64,000 nt of DNA, taken from an uncultured Actinomycetes bacterium (GTDB lineage Bacteria; Actinomycetota; Thermoleophilia; UBA2241). How positions within the stretch are numbered: the first letter of the stretch is position 1; the number at the start of each line of letters is the position of its first letter. The stretch covers positions 64,001 to 128,000 of the forward strand of contig CAVYCN010000018.1 in assembly GCA_963767005.1 (NCBI GenBank), given 5' to 3'. Both the position numbers and the translations under genes were made by a program. This document shows, in pieces, positions 10,229 through 20,736 of the stretch. The notes under the pieces were generated by a model. The model was not told the DNA's origin, did no database searches, and saw only the letters and a list, made by a program, of their open reading frames with translations.

Positions 10229-11632
10229 TCACATCTCCGGCTGCAAGGGGGCTTCGCGGCGGACATCGGGCGTGCGCAGCGCGAGCTTCTTCAGGTATCC
10301 GCGGTTGGATCGATCCCAGCGCCAGCGGCGCGCGTACCACCAGCACCAGGCGTGGTCGCGCACCGCCGCGAAGCGCAGACCGGCGAGGTGATCGAGGACG
10401 CGACGCAGTGAGTAGAAGCGGGCGTAGCCGCGCAGCACCTCGGTCTGCAGGTCGACCGGCCGCAGGCGCCGCGGTGTGAACACCACGTGCTGCCCGTCGT
10501 AGAGGCGCCAGTCGCGTTCGAAGATCCGCCCTTCGGCCTGCATGTCCGCGAACTGGCGCGTGCCCGGCGCCGGCGTGAGGATGTTGAGCATCAGCGTGTC
10601 GACGCCATGGGCGCGGGCGAAGTCGACGGTTTCACGCACGGTACCGGCCGAGTCGGTGTCGGCGCCCAGGACGAACATGCCATGGCAGCGGATGCCGACC
10701 TCGTGCAGCCGGCGCACCGCCTGCACGACGTCGTCGACCGTCTGCGACTTGTCGAAGCTGTCGAGCGTGGCCTGGTCGATCGACTCGAGGCCGAGGGCCA
10801 CCCGGTAGCAGCCCGACCGTCGCATGAGGTCGAGCAGCTCGTCGTCGCGCGTGGCGTCGGCCCTGATCTGAGCCTGCCAGGGCACGACCAGGTCGCGTTC
10901 GATCATGAGACGCAGCAGCGTCTTCAGGCGCCGCTTGTCGGCGGCGAAGTTGTCGTCGTAGAAGAACACGAAGCTGGGCCGTTTCGCGGCGAGCTCGGCG
11001 ATCACGGCCTCGGGGCTGCGATACCGGTAGCGGCGCCCGAACATCGCGGTCACCGAGCAGAAGTTGCAGGCGAAGGGGCAGCCCCAGCTCGTCATGATGG
11101 GGGTCGACCTCAGGCGCTCGTGGCCGACGATCAGCGTGAGGTCGGGCACGGGCAGGTCGTCGAGGTCGGCGGCCGGCTCGCGCGGCTCGTTGTGTACCGA
11201 CACGCCCGCCCGCCTGAACGACAGGCCGGGGATGTCGTCGAGCGCGCGCCGGCCCCGCAGCGCCTCGACGAGCTCGAGCATGAGCGCCTCGCCACCCTCG
11301 CCGCGGGCCACGTAGTCGGCGTGGGCGAGCGCCTCGTCGGCGGCGAAGGTCACGTGCGAGCCGCCGATCACGGTGGGTATCCCGCGGCCCCGCAGCTCGT
11401 CGGCCAGCTCGTAGGCGGCGGGCGCCGTCGCGGTCGTCGCCGAGATGCCTACGAGATCGCTCGACAGGAGGTCGCGGCGATCGATCGGCGCGACGTGAGG
11501 ACAGTAGACGAGCACGTCGTGGCCCGCCTCGTTGAGCGCCGCGCCGATCATCGGCAGGCCGAGCCGCGGATACAGCAGGGGCGACCACAGATGAAGGCTC
11601 GGCGACTCCGGCTCGATCAAGCGGATCTTCAT
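10229..11632 (-). CDS. B12-binding radical SAM protein
   Basis: N-terminal cobalamin domain (RLGLPMIGA, IGGSHVT, GEG); CPFACNFC; YDDNF. Confidence 0.9.
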   Translation of the reverse strand: MKIRLIEPESPSLHLWSPLLYPRLGLPMIGAALNEAGHDVLVYCPHVAPIDRRDLLSSDLVGISATTATAPAAYELADELRGRGIPTVIGGSHVTFAADEALAHADYVARGEGGEALMLELVEALRGRRALDDIPGLSFRRAGVSVHNEPREPAADLDDLPVPDLTLIVGHERLRSTPIMTSWGCPFACNFCSVTAMFGRRYRYRSPEAVIAELAAKRPSFVFFYDDNFAADKRRLKTLLRLMIERDLVVPWQAQIRADATRDDELLDLMRRSGCYRVALGLESIDQATLDSFDKSQTVDDVVQAVRRLHEVGIRCHGMFVLGADTDSAGTVRETVDFARAHGVDTLMLNILTPAPGTRQFADMQAEGRIFERDWRLYDGQHVVFTPRRLRPVDLQTEVLRGYARFYSLRRVLDHLAGLRFAAVRDHAWCWWYARRWRWDRSNRGYLKKLALRTPDVRREAPLQPEM

Positions 11633-11798
11633 GGGACTCCCGTCAGCCGACACGGGCCGAGGCGACCGGCGTCGTGGGCCCGGCCCACGAGCGGGGCCCC
11701 TCGCGCGCCTCGTGGTGGCCCCTTTCTACCCACAAGACGGGCTGCGCGGGGGCGTTCGGCGTTGGAAGTTTCGAGACGGACCGCGGAACTTCTCGGGG

Positions 11799-12008
11799 CT
11801 ATTTGGTGCGGGTGCCGAGCGACGCACGCTTGAGCTGGGGCCACTGCGACTTGCGCACGACGAGCCGCCGGCCGCCCTGAGCGACGAGCGTGACGTAGGG
11901 CTCCTGCGATGAATCGCCGTAGCGGACCGCGGTGCTCATGTTCCGCTCGGCGACAGTCCACATATGGCCGTCGAAGCGCACGTATGCGCCCAGCTCGGTA
12001 TTGTCCAC
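11799..12008 (-). CDS. Small hypothetical protein
   Basis: 69 aa; GGGAG RBS; beta-rich composition. Confidence 0.5.
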   Translation of the reverse strand: MDNTELGAYVRFDGHMWTVAERNMSTAVRYGDSSQEPYVTLVAQGGRRLVVRKSQWPQLKRASLGTRTK

Positions 12009-12135
12009 GATCGTCTCCCATGCGGTGATCCGCGCCAGTGGAGAGGTGGGCGCCCACGCCGGCTCCAGAGCGAGCGGAGCTGAGCAAGAGCTTACACCCT
12101 CGTGGCGCGCTCTGCCCCGATCGCGACGGTCCTTC

Positions 12136-12774
12136 CTACGAGGTCGCGCTCGCGTCGGCCTCGAGGTGGTAGCGCTTCCAGGCGGCGTCGTTGTCGGCGG
12201 CGTCGGTCCCAGTCAGCAGGCGGCGTTCGTCGGAGCCGGCGAGCCTCTTCAGGTGCATCGTCTGCCCGCAGGCGGGACAGTCCTGCGTGGCTCGGGGCGG
12301 AGGCTCGACCGCGACCGCGCAGTACGGGCAGGAGACCGGCCCGTCCATACGCGTCGGGTCCGTGGCCGGCTCGCCCTCTGTGCGCGGCAAGCTCGACGTT
12401 GCCACTGAGGAGCCGGTCGCCGCGGCCGGAGGCTGGTCGGCGGTCGTCGCCGGCACGGCGAGCTCCCATTCCGCGAGCTCGGCGAGCCATTCACGCAGGC
12501 CGTCGTGCGCCCAGTCCAGCCAGGCGCGCCGATCGTAGTCGATGAGCTTGCCGGCGCTGACCGACGCGCCCTCGACGGACAGCCGTGGCGCCCGGTAGAC
12601 GACCTGCTTGCCCGCCCAGGAGCTGCGCGAGTTGAAGGTGGCGACGACTCTGGGCGGCGCCGCCGAGCCGGCCGCGACGGGGGTCGCGGTGACCCCGTCC
12701 GGCGACGCGCCGCAGGCCGGACAGACCTGCACCGCGGGGTCGAGCGCGGCTCCACACGTGCGACAGCGCGGCAT
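12136..12774 (-). CDS. Double zinc-ribbon protein
   Basis: CRTCG...CPACG at the N-terminus and CPYC...CPACG near the C-terminus; GAGGGAG RBS. Confidence 0.7.
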   Translation of the reverse strand: MPRCRTCGAALDPAVQVCPACGASPDGVTATPVAAGSAAPPRVVATFNSRSSWAGKQVVYRAPRLSVEGASVSAGKLIDYDRRAWLDWAHDGLREWLAELAEWELAVPATTADQPPAAATGSSVATSSLPRTEGEPATDPTRMDGPVSCPYCAVAVEPPPRATQDCPACGQTMHLKRLAGSDERRLLTGTDAADNDAAWKRYHLEADASATS

Positions 12775-12990
12775 GGCGACTCCCTCATCGGATGTCCCTT
12801 CAGCCCGCTCTGTGATGCAGGTCAGGGCAGGGCCAGCGTACCCTCCGGGAAGCCCCCGGCACAACCTGGACCTCGGCAAGAAATCGCCCCGAATCGTGCG
12901 CTCGACGGCGCGAGGCGACATAATGCGTCAGAACAGTGTGCATCGCGGCCGACGGCGGTCTCGGTGCGCCCAGGAAGGCGAGGCAGAGAG

Positions 12991-13371
12991 ATGGGACCTG
13001 AGGTCGACTCCGTTCGCGGGTACCGCGAATGGCTGGCGCGAGGCCTCTACTGCTGGCTCGAGTGGCGGGCGGTGATGGCCGAGGAGCGGCCGGCCGACCG
13101 GCGCTGCCTGCAGGCCGCCAAGGCGCTCTACCGCGCGGCGCGCGAGGTCATGGCGCTGCCCGACGACGACCCGCGGCTGCTGCGGCTGGCGCGTCTTTGT
13201 GATGCGGGCGACGGCGCCGTGCGCGAGTTCCGCGAGCAGGAGTGCCGCATCATCGCCTGCCACGGTTTCGGCTCTGCCGGCACGCAGACCACCGGGGGCC
13301 TGCTGGCCGCCCTGGTGAGGGCGGCAGACGACGCCGTGCTCCTGTCGCTCGAAAACGCACTCTCGCCGTAG
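12991..13371 (+). CDS. Hypothetical protein
   Basis: 126 aa from ATG 12991; helical; TAG stop. Confidence 0.55.
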   Translation: MGPEVDSVRGYREWLARGLYCWLEWRAVMAEERPADRRCLQAAKALYRAAREVMALPDDDPRLLRLARLCDAGDGAVREFREQECRIIACHGFGSAGTQTTGGLLAALVRAADDAVLLSLENALSP

Positions 13372-13474
13372 GGCGACGACCTGAGGATGCGGCGCTGCGA
13401 GGCCTGGCTCTGGGAAGCTGCCGCAGGCCAGGCAGAGCACTGACGATACCCACTCCCGGAAAGCAGACCAAGGT

Positions 13475-14182
13475 ATGTCTCAACTCGGCGATCGCCTGAC
13501 GCGTGGTAGATCAGGTCGTCAGGGACCGCGGCTCGTGCCCTACGCCGCGACGGTGCTGGCCGTCCGGCCGATCCTGAGAAGCGCCTACCGCCTCAGGGTC
13601 GTCGGCCCCGACCGAGTCCCCGCCGCGGGGCCACTCGTGGTCGTCGCCAACCACGAGAGCAACCTCGATGGCTTCGTCCTGATCTCGGTCCTCGGGAAGC
13701 GGCGCCTCACGTTCCTCTCCGCCGCGCACCTCTTCGAACGACCCGTCATCGGGCGCTATCTGCGCGCCATCGGCGCGCTGCCGGTCGAGGAGGAGCGCGC
13801 CAACGTCGCGAGCTTCAGGAAGGCCCTCGCGATCCTCGCCGCGGGCGGGACCGTGGCCGTCTTTCCCCAGGGAGGCATCGACCGCACCGAGACCCAGGGC
13901 GGCGCGGCATACCTGGCGCTCAAAGCGGGCGCGCCGCTGCTGCCGCTGCACCTTTCGGGTACGCGCGAGGCGCTGCCGGCAGACGGCACCTGGCCTGCCC
14001 TGGCGCGCATCACGGCGCACGTCGGTGTGCCGGTCCCCGCCAGCGCGATCGCCAACGGGCACACCAGCACCAGCGCGGCGGTCGCCGAGGGCACCGCCCT
14101 CATCGCGCGACTGCTGGCCGAGATGCGAACGGCACAGGTGCCTTCACCCCGCCGTGGCGGGGTGGTCGCCCGCGACGCATGA
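13475..14182 (+). CDS. Lysophospholipid acyltransferase (PlsC family)
   Basis: NHESNLD (HX4D) and VFPQG motifs. Confidence 0.9.
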   Translation: MSQLGDRLTRGRSGRQGPRLVPYAATVLAVRPILRSAYRLRVVGPDRVPAAGPLVVVANHESNLDGFVLISVLGKRRLTFLSAAHLFERPVIGRYLRAIGALPVEEERANVASFRKALAILAAGGTVAVFPQGGIDRTETQGGAAYLALKAGAPLLPLHLSGTREALPADGTWPALARITAHVGVPVPASAIANGHTSTSAAVAEGTALIARLLAEMRTAQVPSPRRGGVVARDA

Positions 14183-14937
14183 CTCGCGGCGAGCGGCGCC
14201 GGCCGGGGCAGCCCGCGCGCCGACGCAGACGGCTCCTGGCCGCCGTCGCCGTCGCGGCGGCGGTCGTCGCCCTCGTCCTGCTCGGGCTCGACCTGCACCG
14301 CCGCTGGCCCCCCTCGTCCTCCGCCCTCGCCCAGATGCGCCGCGACGCGGTGGTGTGGCAGGCCGCCCTGGCGCCGCGCTGGCCGAGCGCCTACGCCGAC
14401 GACCTGAAGCTGCCGCCCGCGGTGGTGCGCGCGCTCGACGCGCGCGAGCGCTCCCAGCTCGCGAGCGTCGAGACGCAGGAGATGCTGCACGAGGACCTCG
14501 CCCAGTCCGGGATCGCCGAGCTCATGACGCAGGCGCGCCGGCTGAACCCCCAGGAGCCCCGTGAGCCGGTCGAGACGCTCTGGCAGCGCCGCGTGGTGTC
14601 GTTCCGGTTCGCGCGGCGCGACCTCGACGGCGCGATCGTCTGCGACGCTCTGATCTGGTCGGGCTCGCGCCTCGCCCGGTGGGACTCTCGGACGAAGCGC
14701 TTCGTGCCGGCGCGGCGCTTCGACGTCGAGCCGCTGTACGAGCTCGTGTTCCGCCGCGATCAGGGCCGCTGGCGGCTCGACGCGGCCGCCGTCCTGCGGT
14801 ACTCGGTGGACACGAGCTCGCGCTACGGCCCCTCCACCCCGCACCGGCTGCTGCCGCCGGGCTGGGCGCCGGTCGCCACCGTGCCGGCGGCGACCTCAGC
14901 GTCGTCGCGCCCGGCGTCCTCGCCGTCGAGCCGCTAG
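14179..14937 (+). CDS. Membrane-anchored hypothetical protein
   Basis: Basic N-terminus plus TM helix; ATGA overlap with the upstream gene. Confidence 0.65.
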   Translation: MTRGERRRPGQPARRRRRLLAAVAVAAAVVALVLLGLDLHRRWPPSSSALAQMRRDAVVWQAALAPRWPSAYADDLKLPPAVVRALDARERSQLASVETQEMLHEDLAQSGIAELMTQARRLNPQEPREPVETLWQRRVVSFRFARRDLDGAIVCDALIWSGSRLARWDSRTKRFVPARRFDVEPLYELVFRRDQGRWRLDAAAVLRYSVDTSSRYGPSTPHRLLPPGWAPVATVPAATSASSRPASSPSSR

Positions 14938-15680
14938 ACGGGCTCCTCGTCGAGCGTCCAGCCGGGGCAGGCGGCGGGATCGACGCGGACGACGTGCAGG
15001 CGGCGCTCCGCGAGCGCCGCCCGCACGTCGTCGAAGGTCTCCCAGGGCACGAAGGGCAGCCCGTCCCGCGCGCAGATGCGGGCCAGCACGTCCTTGGCGA
15101 AGACGACGTCGGCGTACACCGCGGCGTAGCGGTCCGAGCTGCCGTCGCCGACGAAGGCCACCGGCCCGCGCCGGCGGTGATCGAGCACGGCCTGCATCTT
15201 GCAGGTGCCGCAGCCGCGACACCGTGGGTGCTCTCGCGGATGACGGAGCGTCAGGCCGTCGACGCCCTCGACCAGCACGTTCGTGAGGACCGGCACGTGC
15301 GAGAGCCCGGCGGCGGCGAGCAGCGGCTCGACGTAGAAGCCGAGCCCGTCGCTCACGACCGCCACCTCCACCCCCCGGCCCTGCGCCCAGCGCACGAAGG
15401 CAGCGAAGCCGGGATCAAGCGTGATGTGCTCGAGCGCGAAGGCGAGCAGCTCATCGCGCGGCGCCCGCAGCAGCCGCGCCAGACGCGCCATGTCGGCGCG
15501 GTGGGTCGCGCTGCCCTTCCAGCTCGCCCGCGCGAAGTGACGCTCCCAATCGTCGCCGACGAAGCGCCGGCAGAGCTCGATGAAGCCGTCGAGCGGGCTC
15601 GCCGTGCCGTCGAAGTCGACGAGCACGCTCGCGACCTGCCACGCGGGCGGCCGGCCCCCACTGTCGCGCGAAGTCGCCAT
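14934..15680 (-). CDS. MtnX-like HAD-IB phosphatase
   Basis: DFDGT, VSDG, CRGCGTCK and GDGSSD...ADVVFAK motifs. Confidence 0.85.
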   Translation of the reverse strand: MATSRDSGGRPPAWQVASVLVDFDGTASPLDGFIELCRRFVGDDWERHFARASWKGSATHRADMARLARLLRAPRDELLAFALEHITLDPGFAAFVRWAQGRGVEVAVVSDGLGFYVEPLLAAAGLSHVPVLTNVLVEGVDGLTLRHPREHPRCRGCGTCKMQAVLDHRRRGPVAFVGDGSSDRYAAVYADVVFAKDVLARICARDGLPFVPWETFDDVRAALAERRLHVVRVDPAACPGWTLDEEPV

Positions 15681-15768
15681 CACGCCCGATCCTGCGCGCG
15701 GCCGAGACGGCGCGCAACCCGGGCGCCGGCCGGTGCAATGGCTCGCCGAAGCGACCGGCGTGGTCGTC

Positions 15769-17442
15769 CTAGGCGGAGGCGCCCGGACCGCGCAGCACCG
15801 CGCCACCACGCGCCCCGGTGTGCGCGCCGTCCCACACGGCGGCCTCACCGTTCACGAAGACGTAGTCCATGCCCTCGGCGTAGCGATGCGGGATGTTCTC
15901 GAAGGGCGCCGTGTGCGGGTACGGGTTGGTGGCGCAGTCGTGCACGCGCTCGAGGTCGAAGACCAGCAGGTCGGCGCGCGCCCCCGGCCGCAGGATGCCG
16001 CGATCCCACAAGCCGAAGCGCTGGGCCGGCAGCGACGTCATCTTGCGCACGGCCTCCTCGAGGCGCAGCACCTCGCGGTCGCGCACGAAGCGTTCGAGGA
16101 TGCCGGGGTACTCGCCGAAGCTGCAGGGCCAGTACGCGGTCGCGTCGTCGGGCGCCGGCAGGGGCTGCACGAGGCCGTCGGAGCAGAACATGCTGAGCGG
16201 GTGCCGCGCCACGATCTCGACCTGTTCCGAGTCGATGTACTCGAAGATGCCGACGATCTCGTCGCGCGATTCGACGATCAAGTCGAGGAACGTGTCGAAG
16301 GAGTCGGCGCCGCGCGCCGTGGCGATGTCGGCGACCGAGCGGCCGAGCAGCGTCTGGTCGGGTGCGCTCAGCACGACGACGCGCTCGAAGCGGCCGTGCC
16401 GCACGAGGCCGGCGTAGCCCGGGCCGGGCCGGTGGTCGTCGGCGGCGACCTCGCCACGCAGGGCCGCGCGCCGCCCGGGGTCGCGCAGCACGGCGACGAG
16501 CTCGTCGACGGCGAGGCTGTGCAGCGGCTGCGGCAGGCCCCGCGACAGGCGCGGCGCAAGCTCGGTGTGGACGTCGTTGTCGAGCGTGACGTCGAGCCCC
16601 GCGGCGCGCGCCCGCTCGATCGCGCCGAGGTTCTCGGCGGCCCGCGGCCCGCCCCACTTGGGCACGTTGTGCGAGACCTCGACCGGCAGGCCGGCCTCGC
16701 GACCGACCAGCAACGCCTCGTCGACGGCGGCGACGATCGTCTCGCGCTCGCCGCGCACGTGGCTCGTGTAGATGCCGTGGAAGGGCGCGACCACCCGTGC
16801 GAGCGCGACGATCTCGTCGGTCGACGAGTAGCAGCCCGGCGGGTAGACGAGGCCGGTCGACAGACCGTAAGCGCCGGCGGCCATGCTCGCCGCCAACAGG
16901 TCCTTCATGACGGCGAGCTCGCGCTCGCCGGCGGGGCGCTCGTCGAAGCCCATCACCGCCACGCGCAGCGCGCCGTGACCGACCAGCGCGGCGACGTTGA
17001 TGCCGCAGCCGCCGGCCTCGACGCCGCCGAGATACTCGGCGAACGTGCGCCAGGTGATCGGCGGCACGTCGAAGTAGAACTCCCACATCTTCACGAGGTC
17101 GGCGACGTGGGCGTCGGCGACCGGGGCCGCCGACATGCCGCAGTTGCCCATGACGTGGGTCGTCACGCCCTGGTAGAGCGCCGACTCGGCGCCGGGGTCG
17201 GTGAGCACCGTGAAGTCGGAATGCGTGTGCGGGTCGACAAAGCCCGGCGTGACGTAGCGGCCGCCGGCGTCGATCACGCGGGGCGCGGGCCGGCCGGCGC
17301 GCGGCAGCGCGCCGGCCGGCCCCACCCGCGCCACCAGGCCGCCCTCGAGCAGCACGTCGGCCGCGACCCAGGGGTTGCCGGCGCCGTCGACCAGCCGACA
17401 GCCCGTGATCAGTACGCTGTCGGGGCCGGCCGGGACGCTCAT
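15769..17442 (-). CDS. N-acyl-D-amino-acid deacylase family amidohydrolase
   Basis: PGFVDPHTHSD, GNCG, LSTGLVYPPG, SHVRGE and CSDG motifs. Confidence 0.9.
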   Translation of the reverse strand: MSVPAGPDSVLITGCRLVDGAGNPWVAADVLLEGGLVARVGPAGALPRAGRPAPRVIDAGGRYVTPGFVDPHTHSDFTVLTDPGAESALYQGVTTHVMGNCGMSAAPVADAHVADLVKMWEFYFDVPPITWRTFAEYLGGVEAGGCGINVAALVGHGALRVAVMGFDERPAGERELAVMKDLLAASMAAGAYGLSTGLVYPPGCYSSTDEIVALARVVAPFHGIYTSHVRGERETIVAAVDEALLVGREAGLPVEVSHNVPKWGGPRAAENLGAIERARAAGLDVTLDNDVHTELAPRLSRGLPQPLHSLAVDELVAVLRDPGRRAALRGEVAADDHRPGPGYAGLVRHGRFERVVVLSAPDQTLLGRSVADIATARGADSFDTFLDLIVESRDEIVGIFEYIDSEQVEIVARHPLSMFCSDGLVQPLPAPDDATAYWPCSFGEYPGILERFVRDREVLRLEEAVRKMTSLPAQRFGLWDRGILRPGARADLLVFDLERVHDCATNPYPHTAPFENIPHRYAEGMDYVFVNGEAAVWDGAHTGARGGAVLRGPGASA

Positions 17443-17481
17443 GGGCTCCTCCTGGTCGCGCGCGCGGGATCCCGCGCGCGC

Positions 17482-18645
17482 TCAGACGCCGTAGGCGGCG
17501 CGCACCAGTGCGAGATAGTCCTCGTAGCCGGCGTCGCGCGCATTGTCGGGCGAGCATACATGCTCAGCCGACAGCCGCGCGACCTGCTCGGCCTCGGCGT
17601 CGGACAGCGGCTGCAGCTCGCGCAGCGCCGGGATGCCGATCTCGCGCATGAGGGCCCGCACCCGCTCGACGCCCGCGGCCGCCGCCGCCGCGTCGTCGCG
17701 GCCGCCGACCTCGACGCCGAGCGCCGCCGCGACACGCGCGTGCTTGACGGGATCGGCCGGCGCGTTGAACTCGAGCACGGCCGGCAGGAACACGGCGCAG
17801 GCCAGGCCGTGCGGCGTGTCGAACACGCCGCCCAGGCTCTCGCCCAGGCAGTGCACCGCTCCGACATCGGCGTTGCCGAACGCCATGCCGGCCAGCAGGC
17901 TGCCGAGCAGCATGTCGCTGCGCGCCGCGCGGTCGGTGCCATCGGCGACGGCCCGCGGCAGGGCGCCGCCGACGAGGCCGATCGCGCGCAGTGCGAGGGC
18001 GTCGCTCACCGGGTTGGCGGCCTTGCAGGTGTAGGCCTCGACCGCGTGGATCAGCGCGTCCATGCCGGTCGAGGCGGTGAGCGCGAGCGGCAGCGACGCG
18101 GTGAGCTCGGGGTCGAGCACGGCGACGCGCGGCGCGATGCGCGGGTCGAGGAGCGTCATCTTGTAGTGATGCTCCTCGTCGGTGATCACGGCGACCCAGG
18201 TGACCTCGCTACCGGTACCAGCTGTGGTCGGCACGGCGAGCAGCGGGATGGGCGGCTTCTCGGGCACCTTGGGGTCTTCCCAATCCTTCACGCGGCCGCC
18301 GTTCGTCACCAGGGTGGCGGCCGCCTTGGCGACGTCGATCGCGCTGCCCCCGCCGAGGCCGACGATGGCCCCGGCGCCGGCCGCGAGGGCCGCGTCGGCC
18401 GCCGCCCGGCACTCGGCGTCGCGCGGGTTCGACGAGATCGCCGAGAACACGGTGCACTCGCGACCGGCTGCCTTCACGATGCCGGCGACGCGGTCGGCCA
18501 GGCCCGCCGCGACGAGGCCGGCGTCGGTGATCAGCAGGACGGCACCGTCCGACAGCGCCGCCGCTTCCTGGCCCACCTCGGCGACTCTGCCGGGTCCGAA
18601 CACGATGCGGGTGGCAAGCTGGAAGCCGAAGGCGACATCGTCCAT
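17482..18645 (-). CDS. Iron-containing alcohol dehydrogenase
   Basis: GGGSAID, PTTAGTGSE, GMDALIHAVE and PHG motifs. Confidence 0.95.
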   Translation of the reverse strand: MDDVAFGFQLATRIVFGPGRVAEVGQEAAALSDGAVLLITDAGLVAAGLADRVAGIVKAAGRECTVFSAISSNPRDAECRAAADAALAAGAGAIVGLGGGSAIDVAKAAATLVTNGGRVKDWEDPKVPEKPPIPLLAVPTTAGTGSEVTWVAVITDEEHHYKMTLLDPRIAPRVAVLDPELTASLPLALTASTGMDALIHAVEAYTCKAANPVSDALALRAIGLVGGALPRAVADGTDRAARSDMLLGSLLAGMAFGNADVGAVHCLGESLGGVFDTPHGLACAVFLPAVLEFNAPADPVKHARVAAALGVEVGGRDDAAAAAAGVERVRALMREIGIPALRELQPLSDAEAEQVARLSAEHVCSPDNARDAGYEDYLALVRAAYGV

Positions 18646-18868
18646 GACTGCTCCTTTGGGCGGACCCAACGTGGCACGGTAGCCGGATGGTATCGCCCGG
18701 GAAACGACGCTTGAACGGCCGGCCAGAAGGCCGTGCGCACGGCCGTGGCCGTCTGCACCCGGGGCCTCGCCGCCGGCGGTGCAACCGCACACCGCAAGGC
18801 TACGCGCGCGGCGCCGATCGACGGTCCGGCTCCGAACGCCCCGGGTGGCACGGGGTCGACCGGCGCCG

Positions 18869-20611
18869 TCAGCCTCGAGGCAGCTCGCGGGCGGCCAGCA
18901 CGTCGGCGGCACGCAGGCCCAGGTAGACCTCGACCAGGCCACCGCTCGCCGCCAGGTCGACGCCGAGGAGCTGCTCGATCCGCGCCAGACGCTTGCGCAG
19001 GGTGTTGCGGTGCACGAAGAGCACCTCGGCGGTCTCGCCGACCTGGCAGCCGTGCGCCAGATAGGCCTCGAGCGTGTCGAGCAGCCCGGTGCCGCGGCGC
19101 GCGTCGGTCGAGCGCAGGCGGTCGGCGACCGCCGCCCGCAGCTGGGTCAGCACCTCGGTCGAGAGCGCGTCGAGAGCCAGGTAGCGCGCCCCGAGCTCCT
19201 CGAACAGCGTGACCGTCGGCGCCGGCCGCGAGCGCGCCGTGGGCGGCGCCTGTCCCGGCCGCGCCCCGCCGGTCGACCGGTCGAGAGCCGCCGAAGCGCC
19301 GACGCCGTCGCCCGCGTCGCGGCCGTGGTACAGTGCGAGGCGCGCCTGGCCGGCGGCGCGCCGCACCTGCTCGACGCCGGTCGCCGCCGCCGACACGCCG
19401 ACCGGCAGCGAGCCGAGGTCGGTGCGTACGCCCACCGTCTCGGCGACCTCGCCGAAGAACCGCGCCGCCGCCTCGCCGCCCGCACCGGCGACCGCCGCCG
19501 GGCAGAACGCGAACACCTCGGCGCCGAGGCGGTGCGACAGGAACGGCACGTCGCGCTCCTCGAGCAGGCCGTCGAGGGCCGCGTGCGCCGCGGCCGCCGG
19601 TGCGACGCCGACGCCGAGCACCGCCACCCGCCAGGGCTCGCCGGGCTCGATGCCCTGGTTGACGAGGCGCTCGGCGAGCTCACCCGGGCCGCCGCGCTCG
19701 TGCAGCAGCAGCTCGAGCAGGCCCGAGCGGGCGCGCCGCCGCGAGTCGGCCGTGACGTGGATCGTGCCGAGGCTCACCTCGAGCAGCCGCTGCGCGAACG
19801 ACAGCGAGGCGTCGGCGAGCTCCGAGATCAGCCGGCCCGCAGGGTGGACGACGAGCAGCAGCCGCTCGAGGCGGCCACCGACCCGCACCTCGCGAAAGCC
19901 GACCCAGCGGTCGTCGAGCTCGAACACCGAGCGCGGCGCGCCCTGCCGGGTGAGGCGGTCGTACTCGCGCCAGGCACGCGCGACGAGCTCGCGCTCGTCG
20001 GCCGCCGGATTCGGCCCCGACGAGCTCGCCAGCACGCGCCCGGCGCGGTCGAACACGACCGCCTGGGCGCCGAGCAGCTCGCCCAGGCGCCCGACCAGGG
20101 CCTCGACGCTGTGCTCGTCGAGCAGCGCGTCGACGAGGCACTGCTGCATGGCGACGCTGCGCCGCAGGCGGTGCATGTCGCGCGAGGCGAGGGCGTTGAA
20201 GACGTAGCTCGTGATCAGCCGGAAGGGCGTCTCCTCGGGCACGCGCAGGATCGGCAGGCCCTCGTCGTCGCCGGCCCGCAGCATGGCGTCCGGGATCACG
20301 CGCACGTTGGGCTGGATGGCCACGCCCACGCCCGCCATGCCGCTGCGCTTGAGCAGGCGCACGAGCCGCACGCCCGACTCGGGGTCGGCTTCGAGACGCG
20401 GTCCCGTAGTGAGCACGACGCTGCCCTGTACCATCCAGGGCGTCGGGTCGTCGAGGTCGCCGATGTACACGGCCTCGACGACCTTGGACAGGCCGGCGCG
20501 GCCGGCCACCACCTGCAGGTGCAGGTCGGGGGCCTTGACGAGCTCGGCGACCGTGAGGCCGCCCGGCGGCAGGCCGCCGTCGTCGACGGGGTTGAGGCGC
20601 TGCGGCTGCAC
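18869..20611 (-). CDS. PucR-family transcriptional regulator
   Basis: N-terminal PucR domain (DPTPWM...VLTTG); C-terminal [25 protein letters not shown]. Confidence 0.92.
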   Translation of the reverse strand: MQPQRLNPVDDGGLPPGGLTVAELVKAPDLHLQVVAGRAGLSKVVEAVYIGDLDDPTPWMVQGSVVLTTGPRLEADPESGVRLVRLLKRSGMAGVGVAIQPNVRVIPDAMLRAGDDEGLPILRVPEETPFRLITSYVFNALASRDMHRLRRSVAMQQCLVDALLDEHSVEALVGRLGELLGAQAVVFDRAGRVLASSSGPNPAADERELVARAWREYDRLTRQGAPRSVFELDDRWVGFREVRVGGRLERLLLVVHPAGRLISELADASLSFAQRLLEVSLGTIHVTADSRRRARSGLLELLLHERGGPGELAERLVNQGIEPGEPWRVAVLGVGVAPAAAAHAALDGLLEERDVPFLSHRLGAEVFAFCPAAVAGAGGEAAARFFGEVAETVGVRTDLGSLPVGVSAAATGVEQVRRAAGQARLALYHGRDAGDGVGASAALDRSTGGARPGQAPPTARSRPAPTVTLFEELGARYLALDALSTEVLTQLRAAVADRLRSTDARRGTGLLDTLEAYLAHGCQVGETAEVLFVHRNTLRKRLARIEQLLGVDLAASGGLVEVYLGLRAADVLAARELPRG

Positions 20612-20736
20612 GACGGTCAGCCTATACCGTCGCGCGGAGCGACGTCTCGCCGGCCGTGGCCGGCGCGGGCTTCTGGGGGGCAGAGAGCCCGCGCCGGCCG
20701 GACGCCGCGGCCGGCGTCAGCAGACCCGGCCGCGGC

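Noticed and set aside
10229-11632. B12-binding radical SAM protein as the MtbC-like corrinoid partner
   Set aside because: It is a class-B-type radical SAM architecture without the DxHxxG methyltransferase corrinoid motif, and lies 20 kb away
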